IMG/VR virus record: IMGVR_UViG_3300006046_000019
Location: 1 to 25,125 of that record
DNA from: a virus
Lineage: Duplodnaviria; Caudoviricetes
Reading direction: 5' to 3' (one strand)
Length of the DNA stretch: 25,125 nt
Under the pieces are notes generated by a model that saw only the letters and a list, made by a program, of their open reading frames with translations, did not search any database and was not told the DNA's origin. Positions within the stretch are counted from its first letter, which is position 1; each line of letters starts with the position of its first letter. Positions 6,704 to 15,171 of the stretch are shown here, piece after piece. The position numbers were made by a program, and so were the translations under genes.

Positions 6704-7003
6704 ATGCGTCAATCAGCCGTTTTCATAGCTGCCGTCGCCCTTTGTACTCCGTGTATCGATTGGACAAGGCTTAAGGGGACCGTCAAATCCGTTAATTTGA
6801 AGGCTTCGACCTTGAGGATCCAGAACTCTGATGGAGACGTTTTTGACGTTCCCATCGATTATCAAGTCAAGATCATTGAGAAAAAAGAGGCCGGTAAGCA
6901 ACTGAAAGATGTGCAACTGGATTCAAAAGTGACGTTAATCAGGACCCCTTCTGAACAACCGAAAGAAGATACGGAAGGTATGGTCCCACCAAAATTCCGA
7001 TGA
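6704..7003 (+). CDS. Exported or membrane-anchored small beta-barrel (OB-fold-like) protein
   Basis: GGAGG SD, hydrophobic N-terminus, and KGTVKSVNLKASTLRI...LKDVQLDSKVTL pattern typical of small periplasmic OB-like domains. Confidence 0.55.
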   Translation: MRQSAVFIAAVALCTPCIDWTRLKGTVKSVNLKASTLRIQNSDGDVFDVPIDYQVKIIEKKEAGKQLKDVQLDSKVTLIRTPSEQPKEDTEGMVPPKFR

Positions 7004-7230
7004 AGACAAATCCTGAATCTCCCATTACAGGATGCTCACATGGGGGCAATGTTGATCTTAGCCTAAAAGGGCTTACTAAAAGGGAATGGTTCGCAGGAAT
7101 GATTATTCAAGCTGTGATCCAGGCGGACGCTATGACGATTGCTAAAAATTCACCTTTAACGCCACCTGATGAGATTGTGAAAAACTCTTTGATTTTGACT
7201 GACGCTTTGATAGCAGGATTAAATAAATAA
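7000..7230 (+). CDS. Conserved phage protein (GLTKREWFAG type)
   Basis: Motif GLTKREWFAGMIIQ...DALIAGLN, a common small phage family. Confidence 0.75.
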   Translation: MKTNPESPITGCSHGGNVDLSLKGLTKREWFAGMIIQAVIQADAMTIAKNSPLTPPDEIVKNSLILTDALIAGLNK

Positions 7231-7246
7231 TCAAGGGAGGTTCCGA

Positions 7247-7369
7247 ATGAATATGCCCTCAGCCATTAAAATCTTTGGTGTTGTATTGTTTGGGTTCTTT
7301 TTCTATCACATCGCGGGCATCCCATGGTTTTTAGTGCCTACCGCTGGATTGGTTTGTCTTTTATTTTAA
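7247..7369 (+). CDS. Small two-helix membrane protein, 40 aa
   Basis: GGGAGG SD, MNMPSAIKIFGVVLFGFFFYHIAGIPWFLVPTAGLVCLLF*. Confidence 0.55.
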   Translation: MNMPSAIKIFGVVLFGFFFYHIAGIPWFLVPTAGLVCLLF

Positions 7370-7570
7370 GTGTTTCCACCCGTTCTAACCTGTCTTTGTA
7401 AGCATACGACCGCTGACCATTTAATGCATCCGCCCAGGGAATGTTTAATAGATGAGTGCCCATGCAAGGATTTCACGCAAGATGTGTCTATCCAGTCTAG
7501 AAAAAAGAGAACCTTCAAAGATTTTTACCTTCCAATAGGCAGACCCATGAGTATGGACTTGACAAAATAA
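7370..7570 (+). CDS. Small Cys/His Zn-binding protein
   Basis: CLCKH...H...C...CPCKDF. Confidence 0.55.
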   Translation: MFPPVLTCLCKHTTADHLMHPPRECLIDECPCKDFTQDVSIQSRKKRTFKDFYLPIGRPMSMDLTK

Positions 7571-7586
7571 AGAAAAGGTCTATACT
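7559..7586 (+). promoter_or_regulatory. Promoter upstream of the morphogenesis operon
   Basis: TTGACA 7559-7564, 16 nt spacer, TATACT 7581-7586. Confidence 0.65.
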
Positions 7587-7685
7587 TCCTACCGAACAGT
7601 CAAATTAAATACCCCATGCCTTCGGGAGAACCGTTTTCTTCGGTTGCTCGAAGGTATTGTTTTGTCCCAGGCATGGGGCAACCGA

Positions 7686-7734
7686 GCGAGGTGGTGGAGG
7701 GACTTGAAGGCTTTTTCCCACCTCGTTTCGTTTT
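7686..7734 (+). terminator. Intrinsic terminator-like hairpin in the leader of the late operon
   Basis: CGAGGTGG 7687-94 pairs with CCACCTCG 7718-25, followed by TTTCGTTTT. Confidence 0.55.
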
Positions 7735-8262
7735 GTGGACTCCCAAAAACAAGAATTAGAAGTGCTGGGCAAAACAGACGCTACCTCTCCCCTCATTACT
7801 GGAAATCACGTCTTCGATCCTCTCACCTTCGCACCTGAAATCGTTCATTTCTCCAGAAAACAGTACCTTTTCCTGAATCATTACAAGCTAGGTGTGGCAC
7901 TTACTGAGGCGGCTGCAAAAGCCGATATGACGGTGGAACAGGCCGACCGTTTTCTTGATAAACCGCAGACAAAGGCGTGGCTGCAAGACCGGGCTTTGAT
8001 GGACCATATCAAACGCGAATGGGAAGAACCTTCCAAGTGGTGGAAGGAAGGAAATGATGTGTGGGAAGGTAAACGAACGGCCAACAAGTCACAGATGCTG
8101 GTTTGGCAGGAATTTGGTCAACGAATCTGCCCGAAAAAGTCCGTCGAAGGCCCTGGAACGACAAAAATTGAGATTAATATCGACCCGAACGCTGTCCGGG
8201 AAGCCTTTATCCGGCAGGAAACGATTGAAGGTGAGATCGTTAACGAACAGAAATCCACATGA
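7735..8262 (+). CDS. Putative terminase small subunit
   Basis: First gene of the head module. It has an HTH-like segment (FSRKQYLFL...ALTEAAAKADM) and a C-terminal KIEINI strand. The call is largely positional. Confidence 0.55.
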   Translation: MDSQKQELEVLGKTDATSPLITGNHVFDPLTFAPEIVHFSRKQYLFLNHYKLGVALTEAAAKADMTVEQADRFLDKPQTKAWLQDRALMDHIKREWEEPSKWWKEGNDVWEGKRTANKSQMLVWQEFGQRICPKKSVEGPGTTKIEINIDPNAVREAFIRQETIEGEIVNEQKST

Positions 8263-8528
8263 AATGCGAATACGGTCTTTGTCTTGTTTGTGAAAAAGAA
8301 ATCGTTAAAACCTGCAAAGAATGTGGTGCCAAGACGCCTTCTGAAGCCTATACCACAGTTGAATTGCCTTGGTCGAATGGTTCGAAAATGCAGATGGCAG
8401 TCTGTATAGATTGTTCCAAAGAAAAAGTATGGAAAGCGGACAAAATGGAAATGACAAAAGCCGTCTGGGACGCTTGGGACAAGACCCATGGGACCTATCC
8501 CAAAGACGTTGTGATTGTGGATGCCTGA
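8259..8528 (+). CDS. Zn-finger hypothetical protein
   Basis: CLVC, CKEC and CIDC motifs. Confidence 0.7.
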   Translation: MKCEYGLCLVCEKEIVKTCKECGAKTPSEAYTTVELPWSNGSKMQMAVCIDCSKEKVWKADKMEMTKAVWDAWDKTHGTYPKDVVIVDA

Positions 8529-8922
8529 CCATCAACGGATTGCTCAAGCGTTGGTAGGAGCGCCACCTGTCCTGTGGGAGCCCGGATTGGAAGTTCCAGA
8601 GGAAATGCGTGCTTTGCAAGCCTTGAACTCTTTAGCCGTAGGTTATGGTGCGGGTCGCTTAGGTGGGAATATCGCACACGCTTTAACGCAACAAGGAATA
8701 CCTGCCTTGCAGGGACTAGGCGAATCAGGCGCTATTTTCCCGGAAGGTACGCCGATTCCAGATAATCGGGTCTTAGCCAAGGAAATGATGGACGTTTTAC
8801 CAGAAACCCAAAGGGCTTATCGAACAAACGAGGCGTTATCGCACTGGCACGCCAAGAACTACGATTGGCCAGCCGTTTTGCAGGATAAATGGGGCATGTT
8901 AAAACACTGGGGCGGATCGTGA
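8521..8922 (+). CDS. Hypothetical protein
   Basis: ORF track frame 8515-8922, coupled to TerL by a GTGA overlap. Confidence 0.6.
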   Translation: MPDHQRIAQALVGAPPVLWEPGLEVPEEMRALQALNSLAVGYGAGRLGGNIAHALTQQGIPALQGLGESGAIFPEGTPIPDNRVLAKEMMDVLPETQRAYRTNEALSHWHAKNYDWPAVLQDKWGMLKHWGGS

Positions 8923-10391
8923 CCGAACCCATTTCCATTGACCATGTGCAAAAGGCCTGTAAAAAGAGCCTCTATTTCTTGTGCACACAAATGCTGGGTT
9001 TTAAAGATTGGGATAAGGTGCATGACGATATCGAGAGACGTTTAAACCGACCTTCCCGTAAGAAAATGATCTTGGTTCCACGCGGGCACCTTAAAACGTC
9101 CGTTGTGACCAAGGCCTATTCCATCCAGTTGCTACTGAGAGATCCAAACATCCGCATTTTGATTGCCAATCAAGTTTGGGACAAGGCGAGGGAAATGCTT
9201 TATGAAATCAAGCAAATGCTCACGGACAAGTCGGACCTCCCGAAAATTTTCGGTCCTTTTGTTTCGGATCGATGGCGAGAAGATGACATTGTTATTAGAC
9301 AACGCAACAAAGCCTTGGCGGCCCCAACCATTGGTACGTCAGGTGTTGAAGCTGAACTCACGTCATCACATTATGACGTTATTATCCTAGACGATTTGCA
9401 GGGGTTGCAGAACTATCAGACGCCTGAACAGCGCGAAAAGGTTAAACGCTATTATCGGTCCATGATGGACCTGCTTGAACCCGGCGGTCTCTTGATTGTC
9501 ATTGGTACGCGCTGGCACTTGGATGATGTCTATCAGTACATCATCGATGAAGAATCCGATTACTTTGACGTGATGGTCAGAAAGGTCGTGGAAAACGGAA
9601 AGATCATTTTCCCCAAGAAATTTAATAAGAAATTCGATGTGCTGACTAAGAATTGGCTGGAAACAACAGAGCCGACGATGGATTACGTCAATTATTTAAA
9701 AAAACGTCCTTCGGAAGAATTCAGTTCCCAATACATGAATGAACCCATCGATGCTGAAAACCAGGTCTTTAAGAAAGAATATTTTAAGTATTACGAACGG
9801 CGACCTGAGCGGCTCTATGTCGCCATGACGCTAGATCCGGCCATCTCAGAGAAGCAATCGGCGGATTATTTCGCTATCAATGTGTCAGGTATGGACGAAA
9901 ACTACAACATTTACGTTTTAGACACCTTAAAGGGCCATTGGAAAGTATCCGAGCAGATTGAGAACATCTTCACGATGTATGAGAAATGGCACCCTTCCAG
10001 CATTGGTTTAGAAACGGTGGCTTTCCAGAAAGCCCTGAAATCGTGGTTGGAAGAAAAGATGCGGATGCGTAATATTCACTTTCCGATCACCGAACTGAGA
10101 CGATCGACAAATGAAACCAAGGAATTCCGCATTAAAGCACTCGAACCGTTCTATCGCGAAGGAAAGGTTTTCCATTCACAATGGATGCGGTCTTTAGAAG
10201 AAGAACTGGCACAGTTTCCTAAAGGGAAACATGACGACGAAATTGATGCGCTGGCTTCTCAATTGGAGTTGTTGGTGCCAGGTGATTCAGCGGCATCTGA
10301 AGGGATACCGCCTGGATCGTGGGAAGCGGCGTTCCAAGATGCTAGAAAATTCAATCAGCCTTTCCGTGATTTCTTCCGTGAGGTGGCTTGA
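8919..10391 (+). CDS. terL: Terminase large subunit
   Basis: Walker A variant PRGHLKTS, Walker B YDVIILDD, coupling motif IGTRW, RNase H-like nuclease LDPA...ETVAFQ...GKHDDEIDA. Start is probably GTG 8919. Confidence 0.95.
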   Translation: MTEPISIDHVQKACKKSLYFLCTQMLGFKDWDKVHDDIERRLNRPSRKKMILVPRGHLKTSVVTKAYSIQLLLRDPNIRILIANQVWDKAREMLYEIKQMLTDKSDLPKIFGPFVSDRWREDDIVIRQRNKALAAPTIGTSGVEAELTSSHYDVIILDDLQGLQNYQTPEQREKVKRYYRSMMDLLEPGGLLIVIGTRWHLDDVYQYIIDEESDYFDVMVRKVVENGKIIFPKKFNKKFDVLTKNWLETTEPTMDYVNYLKKRPSEEFSSQYMNEPIDAENQVFKKEYFKYYERRPERLYVAMTLDPAISEKQSADYFAINVSGMDENYNIYVLDTLKGHWKVSEQIENIFTMYEKWHPSSIGLETVAFQKALKSWLEEKMRMRNIHFPITELRRSTNETKEFRIKALEPFYREGKVFHSQWMRSLEEELAQFPKGKHDDEIDALASQLELLVPGDSAASEGIPPGSWEAAFQDARKFNQPFRDFFREVA

Positions 10392-12199
10392 TGGCTGAAG
10401 AATTCGGAAAGATGAAAGAAGCGCAGCAGGTCCAGCGGTGGCATGATCGTATTTCTGTCTCGAAACGGTGGCGTGAACAGGTAGAAAACGAGAATAACTG
10501 GCGCAATTATATCCAGGAATTAAAGGGTAAATACGACGTGGTTTTAGGAAATACCTTTGTCCCTCCCATTGGCGAAGTCTTCGCCTATAAAGACGCAACG
10601 CTTGCCAATCTCTATTTCCGTGATCCCTATCTTGCCGTCAATCCAAAGAAAGACGCCACGATAGCGGGTTCCTATCTTTTAGAAGCGGGCGTGAACCATC
10701 TATGGCGCGAATTGGATATGAAAGAAGAAATCGAATTGGAAATCACTGACGCGATCTTAGTGGGTCATGGATGGAACAAGGTCGGCAATAACACCAAAAC
10801 GACCGGCAGCGGCGACCTTTTAAAGCTGGAAGAAGATTCCATTTATTCCAATCGGGTATCTTGGGAAGACATGTTTATGAACGTGGGTTGTAAACGCCCA
10901 ACGAAAGACAATTTATGGGTTGCCCAGAGGATTTATAGGCCCACCGAAGATGTCAAGAAGGATTATGGTCGGGCAGCGGCCAAGTTGAACGGATCCACCT
11001 ACCCGAGTATCGATGTGAAATACATGAAAAACATCCTTTATCGGGAAGATTTCAATTATTCAGCCATCTATGAAGTTTGGGACTCCCATGAACATAAGGT
11101 CTATACGCTCTGCGATGAAATAATGGACAAGTATTTGGAAGATCCTAAAGATTGGCCTGATTATATAGACGAATATCCTTATCAGTTTTTGTCTTTTCAT
11201 CAGGTCCCCGATGAACCTTATCCGCAATCCGATATAGCCGCTTGGGAACCTCAAGTGAAAGAGAAAATCAAAGTGTTCACGATGATGTTGAACCATGTTA
11301 AACGCTGGAACCGGCAGATGGTCGTGAAAAAGGGAACGATGCTTCCCCAAGAACTTGATAAGTTTGAGAAGGGAATTGACGGATCCATTCTTTACGCTTC
11401 CGGGACAGGCGATATCCAAGGCGCTTTTAAGATGATTGATTTCGGGTCACTACCGCCGGATATCTACATCATTTTGGACCGGATTGATAATGTCATCCGT
11501 AAAGTGAATGGAATGCCAGAATTCGCTTATGGGGGCACTCCTAAGACCAGTACGCGCACAGAAGGGGAACTTCAGCTTGTTAAAGGCGGCGCAGACGCCC
11601 GGACGGACCGTAAGCAAGACCGCATCGAACGGCATTGTGAGAACATTGCCCGTCAACTGATCGTTCAATTAAAAAATAACTTCCAAGTACCCTATATCGC
11701 CAAGATCACCGGCAAAGAACCTCCCGAAATCATCCAAGCCTTCAAAGATCAAGGGATCTTTGATCCTGTTTCACAGACCATTAAATTCAAATCTGAAGAT
11801 ATCAAAGGTGAATACGACGTTTCTGTGAAAGCCGGTTCAACGTTGCCTTTAGACAAAATGACTAGGGACAAGATTTTGGATAACGTCATGCAGGTAGGGG
11901 CTCAGATGGCGGCACTTCCTAGCATTCCTCCTTTCATGGCTGAGGTGATGAAAGAACGTCTGCGTGATTACGAGATCAAAGGGCTGGAAGTGGCCTTTGA
12001 TCAGCAGCAACAAGCGGCGGCGGCCCAGCAAGACGAGAAATCCCAAGTTTCAGCGATTGAAACCGGAAAAGTGCAAGCTGAAACAGCCAAACGAAATGCT
12101 CAGGCGCAACAGATCCAGATCGATACTTTGATAAAAGGGGTCCAAGCGACCGGAAAGGCGACAGGACAACTCAGTCCAGAAGAAAGTCTCGTGAAATAG
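10388..12199 (+). CDS. Portal protein (podovirus/P22-like)
   Basis: About 600 aa directly after TerL, with ITDAILVGHGWNKVG, a T-x-TE motif (TSTRTEGEL) and a Q/A-rich C-terminal helical barrel. Confidence 0.85.
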   Translation: MMAEEFGKMKEAQQVQRWHDRISVSKRWREQVENENNWRNYIQELKGKYDVVLGNTFVPPIGEVFAYKDATLANLYFRDPYLAVNPKKDATIAGSYLLEAGVNHLWRELDMKEEIELEITDAILVGHGWNKVGNNTKTTGSGDLLKLEEDSIYSNRVSWEDMFMNVGCKRPTKDNLWVAQRIYRPTEDVKKDYGRAAAKLNGSTYPSIDVKYMKNILYREDFNYSAIYEVWDSHEHKVYTLCDEIMDKYLEDPKDWPDYIDEYPYQFLSFHQVPDEPYPQSDIAAWEPQVKEKIKVFTMMLNHVKRWNRQMVVKKGTMLPQELDKFEKGIDGSILYASGTGDIQGAFKMIDFGSLPPDIYIILDRIDNVIRKVNGMPEFAYGGTPKTSTRTEGELQLVKGGADARTDRKQDRIERHCENIARQLIVQLKNNFQVPYIAKITGKEPPEIIQAFKDQGIFDPVSQTIKFKSEDIKGEYDVSVKAGSTLPLDKMTRDKILDNVMQVGAQMAALPSIPPFMAEVMKERLRDYEIKGLEVAFDQQQQAAAAQQDEKSQVSAIETGKVQAETAKRNAQAQQIQIDTLIKGVQATGKATGQLSPEESLVK

Positions 12200-12201
12200 T
12201 C

Positions 12202-12591
12202 ATGACATGCCGAGGATGCGGAAATGACCAAGCGTGGCACACCAAAACAATCTACGAAGATGGCCAGATCATTTCTTTATGTGACCGGTGTGGCCTTGAA
12301 GGCGCTGGCGATGGCGTTCCCGATGTTTATTTGGCATATATCGGTCAGAAATTTGAAAATCTTACGGACAAAATGGGAAACCCGATTGAAATCCAAAGTA
12401 AACGACACAAAGCCGAAGTCATGAAGCAATTGGGAGTCCGTGAAGCGGGGGATCGCGTCAATGGCGCGACTTTTGGAACAAAATCATGGATTGAAGGGAC
12501 ACGCGAATGGCGAAAACGTCAATTTGACAAAGACCGACCTAAAATCCGTGAAATTTATGGGAGGTATTTAGCCAATGCCAAGCACGTCTGA
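12202..12591 (+). CDS. Zn-ribbon hypothetical protein of the head module
   Basis: CRGC and CDRC motifs, plus IEIQSKRHKAEVMKQLGVREAGD. Confidence 0.75.
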   Translation: MTCRGCGNDQAWHTKTIYEDGQIISLCDRCGLEGAGDGVPDVYLAYIGQKFENLTDKMGNPIEIQSKRHKAEVMKQLGVREAGDRVNGATFGTKSWIEGTREWRKRQFDKDRPKIREIYGRYLANAKHV

Positions 12592-12733
12592 GCGCCAGAG
12601 AAGGCTTTTTGCCATTGCCGAATCGATCAAGAAAGGTAAAACAAAAAAGAGCTATAGCCCGCAAGCCGCTCGTATAGCGCAAACGCTTTCAACGCAAAAA
12701 ATCAGGGAATTTACAGGAAAAGTGCAAGCATAG
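12575..12733 (+). CDS. DUF3008-like small basic protein, 52 aa (not in ORF track)
   Basis: GGAGG SD, MPSTSERQRRLFAIAESIKKG...AARIAQTLSTQKIREFT, resembling the MPxKSxxQ... DUF3008 pattern. Confidence 0.6.
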   Translation: MPSTSERQRRLFAIAESIKKGKTKKSYSPQAARIAQTLSTQKIREFTGKVQA

Positions 12734-12745
12734 GAGGAATTTATC

Positions 12746-13648
12746 ATGACGGACGGTCCAGTAGAGAGCAATTCGGGAACGACAGCCGTTGCAACCCCAC
12801 CAGAGGGTCAAGCGACGCTTACCACCCCTGAAACTCCTAGCCAGAGCGGGCAAGCGGCCAGCCAGGCGCAAAGCGCACCCGCCGAGGAACAATTCTCAAA
12901 TATAGACCCAGAAACTTTGCCTCCTGAACTGCAAGGCGTCTACAAGAACTTGCAGAGTGATTACACCAAGAAAACGCAGGCCATAGCCGACACGCGGAAG
13001 AAAGCCGAAGCTTATGACAAGATCGCTGCAGATCAACGCTTCGTTGAATACTGGAACGGTCTAAGCAAAAAGCAGAAGGCTGACTTCGAGGAACAGAAGC
13101 AAGAAGCGGAGAAAAAGTTAGGCGAGAAAGTCTCTGACGAAGAGTTTGCGAAAGCATTCCAATCCAAAGATGACTTTCTTTCCTTTCTGGAAAACGTTGT
13201 CCAGACAAAGACTGAAAAAGCGCAAAAGAAGATCGATGAGTTGGAGCAATTTAAAGTCGTGACCGATGCTTCCAATATCGTCAGTGCCTTTGCGACTGAA
13301 CAGGGGACGGATGGGAAACTATTGCGTCCTGATTTCTATGCCTTGGACGAAGACCAGTTGATTACGGGGTTTCTGTCGATCAATCCGCCGGACGACCGTT
13401 CTCAGCAGGCTTATATCAAACGTTTAAATGATGCCTATGGATGGGCTAAAGCAACGACCCAAAAGTATTACGAAAAGGGTAAAGCGGAAGCTCTCCAAAT
13501 CATCCAGAAGAAAGCGACTAATTCAACGAATCCTCCGACCAATGCGGCCAAAGGCGCTTATACGGGCCCTGATCCTAAAAAGATGTCCGTGCGTGAAGCT
13601 ATGGAGCTGGCCAAAAAGGGGATTAAAGTCCCCCAAGTCTATGACTAG
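12746..13648 (+). CDS. Capsid scaffolding protein
   Basis: Immediately before the capsid gene. It has a low-complexity N-terminus, a QSDYTKKTQ motif and a coiled coil, with an AGGAGG SD. Confidence 0.8.
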   Translation: MTDGPVESNSGTTAVATPPEGQATLTTPETPSQSGQAASQAQSAPAEEQFSNIDPETLPPELQGVYKNLQSDYTKKTQAIADTRKKAEAYDKIAADQRFVEYWNGLSKKQKADFEEQKQEAEKKLGEKVSDEEFAKAFQSKDDFLSFLENVVQTKTEKAQKKIDELEQFKVVTDASNIVSAFATEQGTDGKLLRPDFYALDEDQLITGFLSINPPDDRSQQAYIKRLNDAYGWAKATTQKYYEKGKAEALQIIQKKATNSTNPPTNAAKGAYTGPDPKKMSVREAMELAKKGIKVPQVYD

Positions 13649-13658
13649 GAGGCCCTAA

Positions 13659-13966
13659 ATGGCTGCACCATTGACACAAAGTTATGGGCCAGGAAATGTA
13701 GACGAACTCTTAACCACGAGTTTGGTCAACATGATTCCTGGTATTCGAGACAACATCTTCAAGAGCAATCCTGTCTTCAAATGGCTGTACGAAGGCAAGG
13801 GTGGCGGAAAGATGCGAAAAAAGGGTGGAGTGGCCCTGTCTCACGCTGAGATGTATGCGAGAAACACAACAGCTCTCGCGTATCAGCGGTATGACACACT
13901 CGACACTACGCCGCAGGACGGGTTAACGAGAGATCAGTGGTTATGGGCGCAATATGCTGCCACGGT
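13659..13966 (+). CDS. Major capsid protein, exon 1
   Basis: AGGAGG SD, LLTTSL...IRDNIFKSNPVFKWL...YDTLDTT...WAQYAATV. Ends at the U of the P1 U-G splice pair. Confidence 0.85.
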
Positions 13967-14155
13967 AAATTCAATTGCCCCATGGTTAAGGAATTGACCA
14001 TGGCAAAACCCGAATATCGGTTAAAAGCTGGAAGCAGCCAAGACCGAAGCGTAACCCATGAGAACTACGCTCGAACGACTGACAAGGGCCTGAAGAACTC
14101 AGGGATATACAGTCTGCTCTACCGTATAACCAAAGAAACGGTAGCTAACATAAGG
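13967..14155 (+). ncRNA. Group I self-splicing intron, 189 nt, no homing endonuclease ORF
   Basis: P1 GGU|AA/UUGCC with U13966-G13977. P2 is 10 bp with a GGAA loop. P4 UCGGUU/GACCGA, P5 GCUG/CAGC, P6 AGCGUA/UACGCU, P7 A(C)GACUG/CAGUCU, P8 CCUGA/UCAGG, P9 CUACCGU/ACGGUAG, terminal G14155. Excision restores the reading frame. Confidence 0.9.
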
Positions 14156-14822
14156 AACTATTGATGGATTCACGGAACGCGTGGCCAATGCCGGAGATTC
14201 AAAGTTAGAAGATATCTTGGAAGCCAAAAAGCAGCAGGCGGAAGAATCGCTGGCACTCTTATTGGAACAAGATATGTTCGCGGCAACGGCTGTTACCAAG
14301 CATATCGAACCTTTGACAACCATCGTCGCAACATCTGGAACGGTGGGCGGGATCAATGGAACGACCAATACCTGGTGGCAAGCTTGCGCGGCAACGGCTT
14401 CAGGGAGTTTCGCAGCCCAGGGCCGGTCAGACTTGACCAATGCCTGGAATTTGGTTTCTATCCAAAATCCGATTGGCGGGGCTGAAATGATGGTCTCTGA
14501 CCAAAACTCGTACCAATACTATGAATCGAGCTTGGTCAATCAAGAGCGGTTTACCGACAATAAAATGGTCGATATCGGCATCCAGAACCTGCAGTTTAAA
14601 GCCACCCCATGGACTTGGAGTCCCCAAGCAACCTCCGGTGTTATTTACCTTCTGCATTCAAAAGGAATTGAGTTTTTCGTCAATTCTGACACGGACATGC
14701 TGTCTACTCCATTCGTCACTCCGACGAACCAGGACGCTCGGACAGCGAAGATCCTTTTAGCGTGTTCTTTGACCACTGGCAATCGCCGAAAGAACGCCAA
14801 ACTGACTGGATTGGTAGCTTAA
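14156..14822 (+). CDS. Major capsid protein, exon 2 (spliced product 324 aa)
   Basis: The junction reads ...YAATV|TIDGFTERVANAGDSKLEDILEAKKQQAE..., followed by VGGIN...WWQ and GIQNLQFK motifs seen in this capsid type. Confidence 0.85.
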
Positions 14823-14834
14823 AGGGAGGTTTCC

Positions 14835-15071
14835 ATGGCTTCTTTAAGAACGCCTACACCGAGAGATGGAGGACAAGGGATCTTGACAATCCTGAAGATC
14901 CCTAGTTGCGTAACAGGCGACACGGTAACGTTCAAAAATGCCGTAAAGGGATGGGAAGTTGTCAATCGAACAACGGCGGATGCTGTGACAGCGACTTACA
15001 GCACAACCACTCAGTTGTTCACCATCGTAGTTGCCAATACGCCAGATATCGATCTTTTGGTATATGGCTGA
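14835..15071 (+). CDS. Small virion structural protein (putative)
   Basis: GGGAGG SD, beta-rich and Thr-rich, directly after the capsid gene. Confidence 0.65.
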   Translation: MASLRTPTPRDGGQGILTILKIPSCVTGDTVTFKNAVKGWEVVNRTTADAVTATYSTTTQLFTIVVANTPDIDLLVYG

Positions 15072-15171
15072 AAGCAAGAGACTCAATTATCCATGCCTAG
15101 AAGCCGCGAAGGACCGGTGTCCAAGATGAATTGGGCCAAGTTACAGCGTTCTAGCATCAAAGGAGATCCAA

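Noticed and set aside
13937-14164. 75-aa ORF overlapping the intron as a possible homing endonuclease
   Set aside because: It has no LAGLIDADG, GIY-YIG or HNH motif and runs through the ribozyme core, so it is likely incidental.
13659-14822. Capsid as two separate genes, a pseudogene, or a stop-readthrough/recoding case
   Set aside because: The insert has several in-frame stops and a full group I fold, and precise excision restores a continuous protein. TAG, TGA and TAA all serve as normal stops elsewhere.
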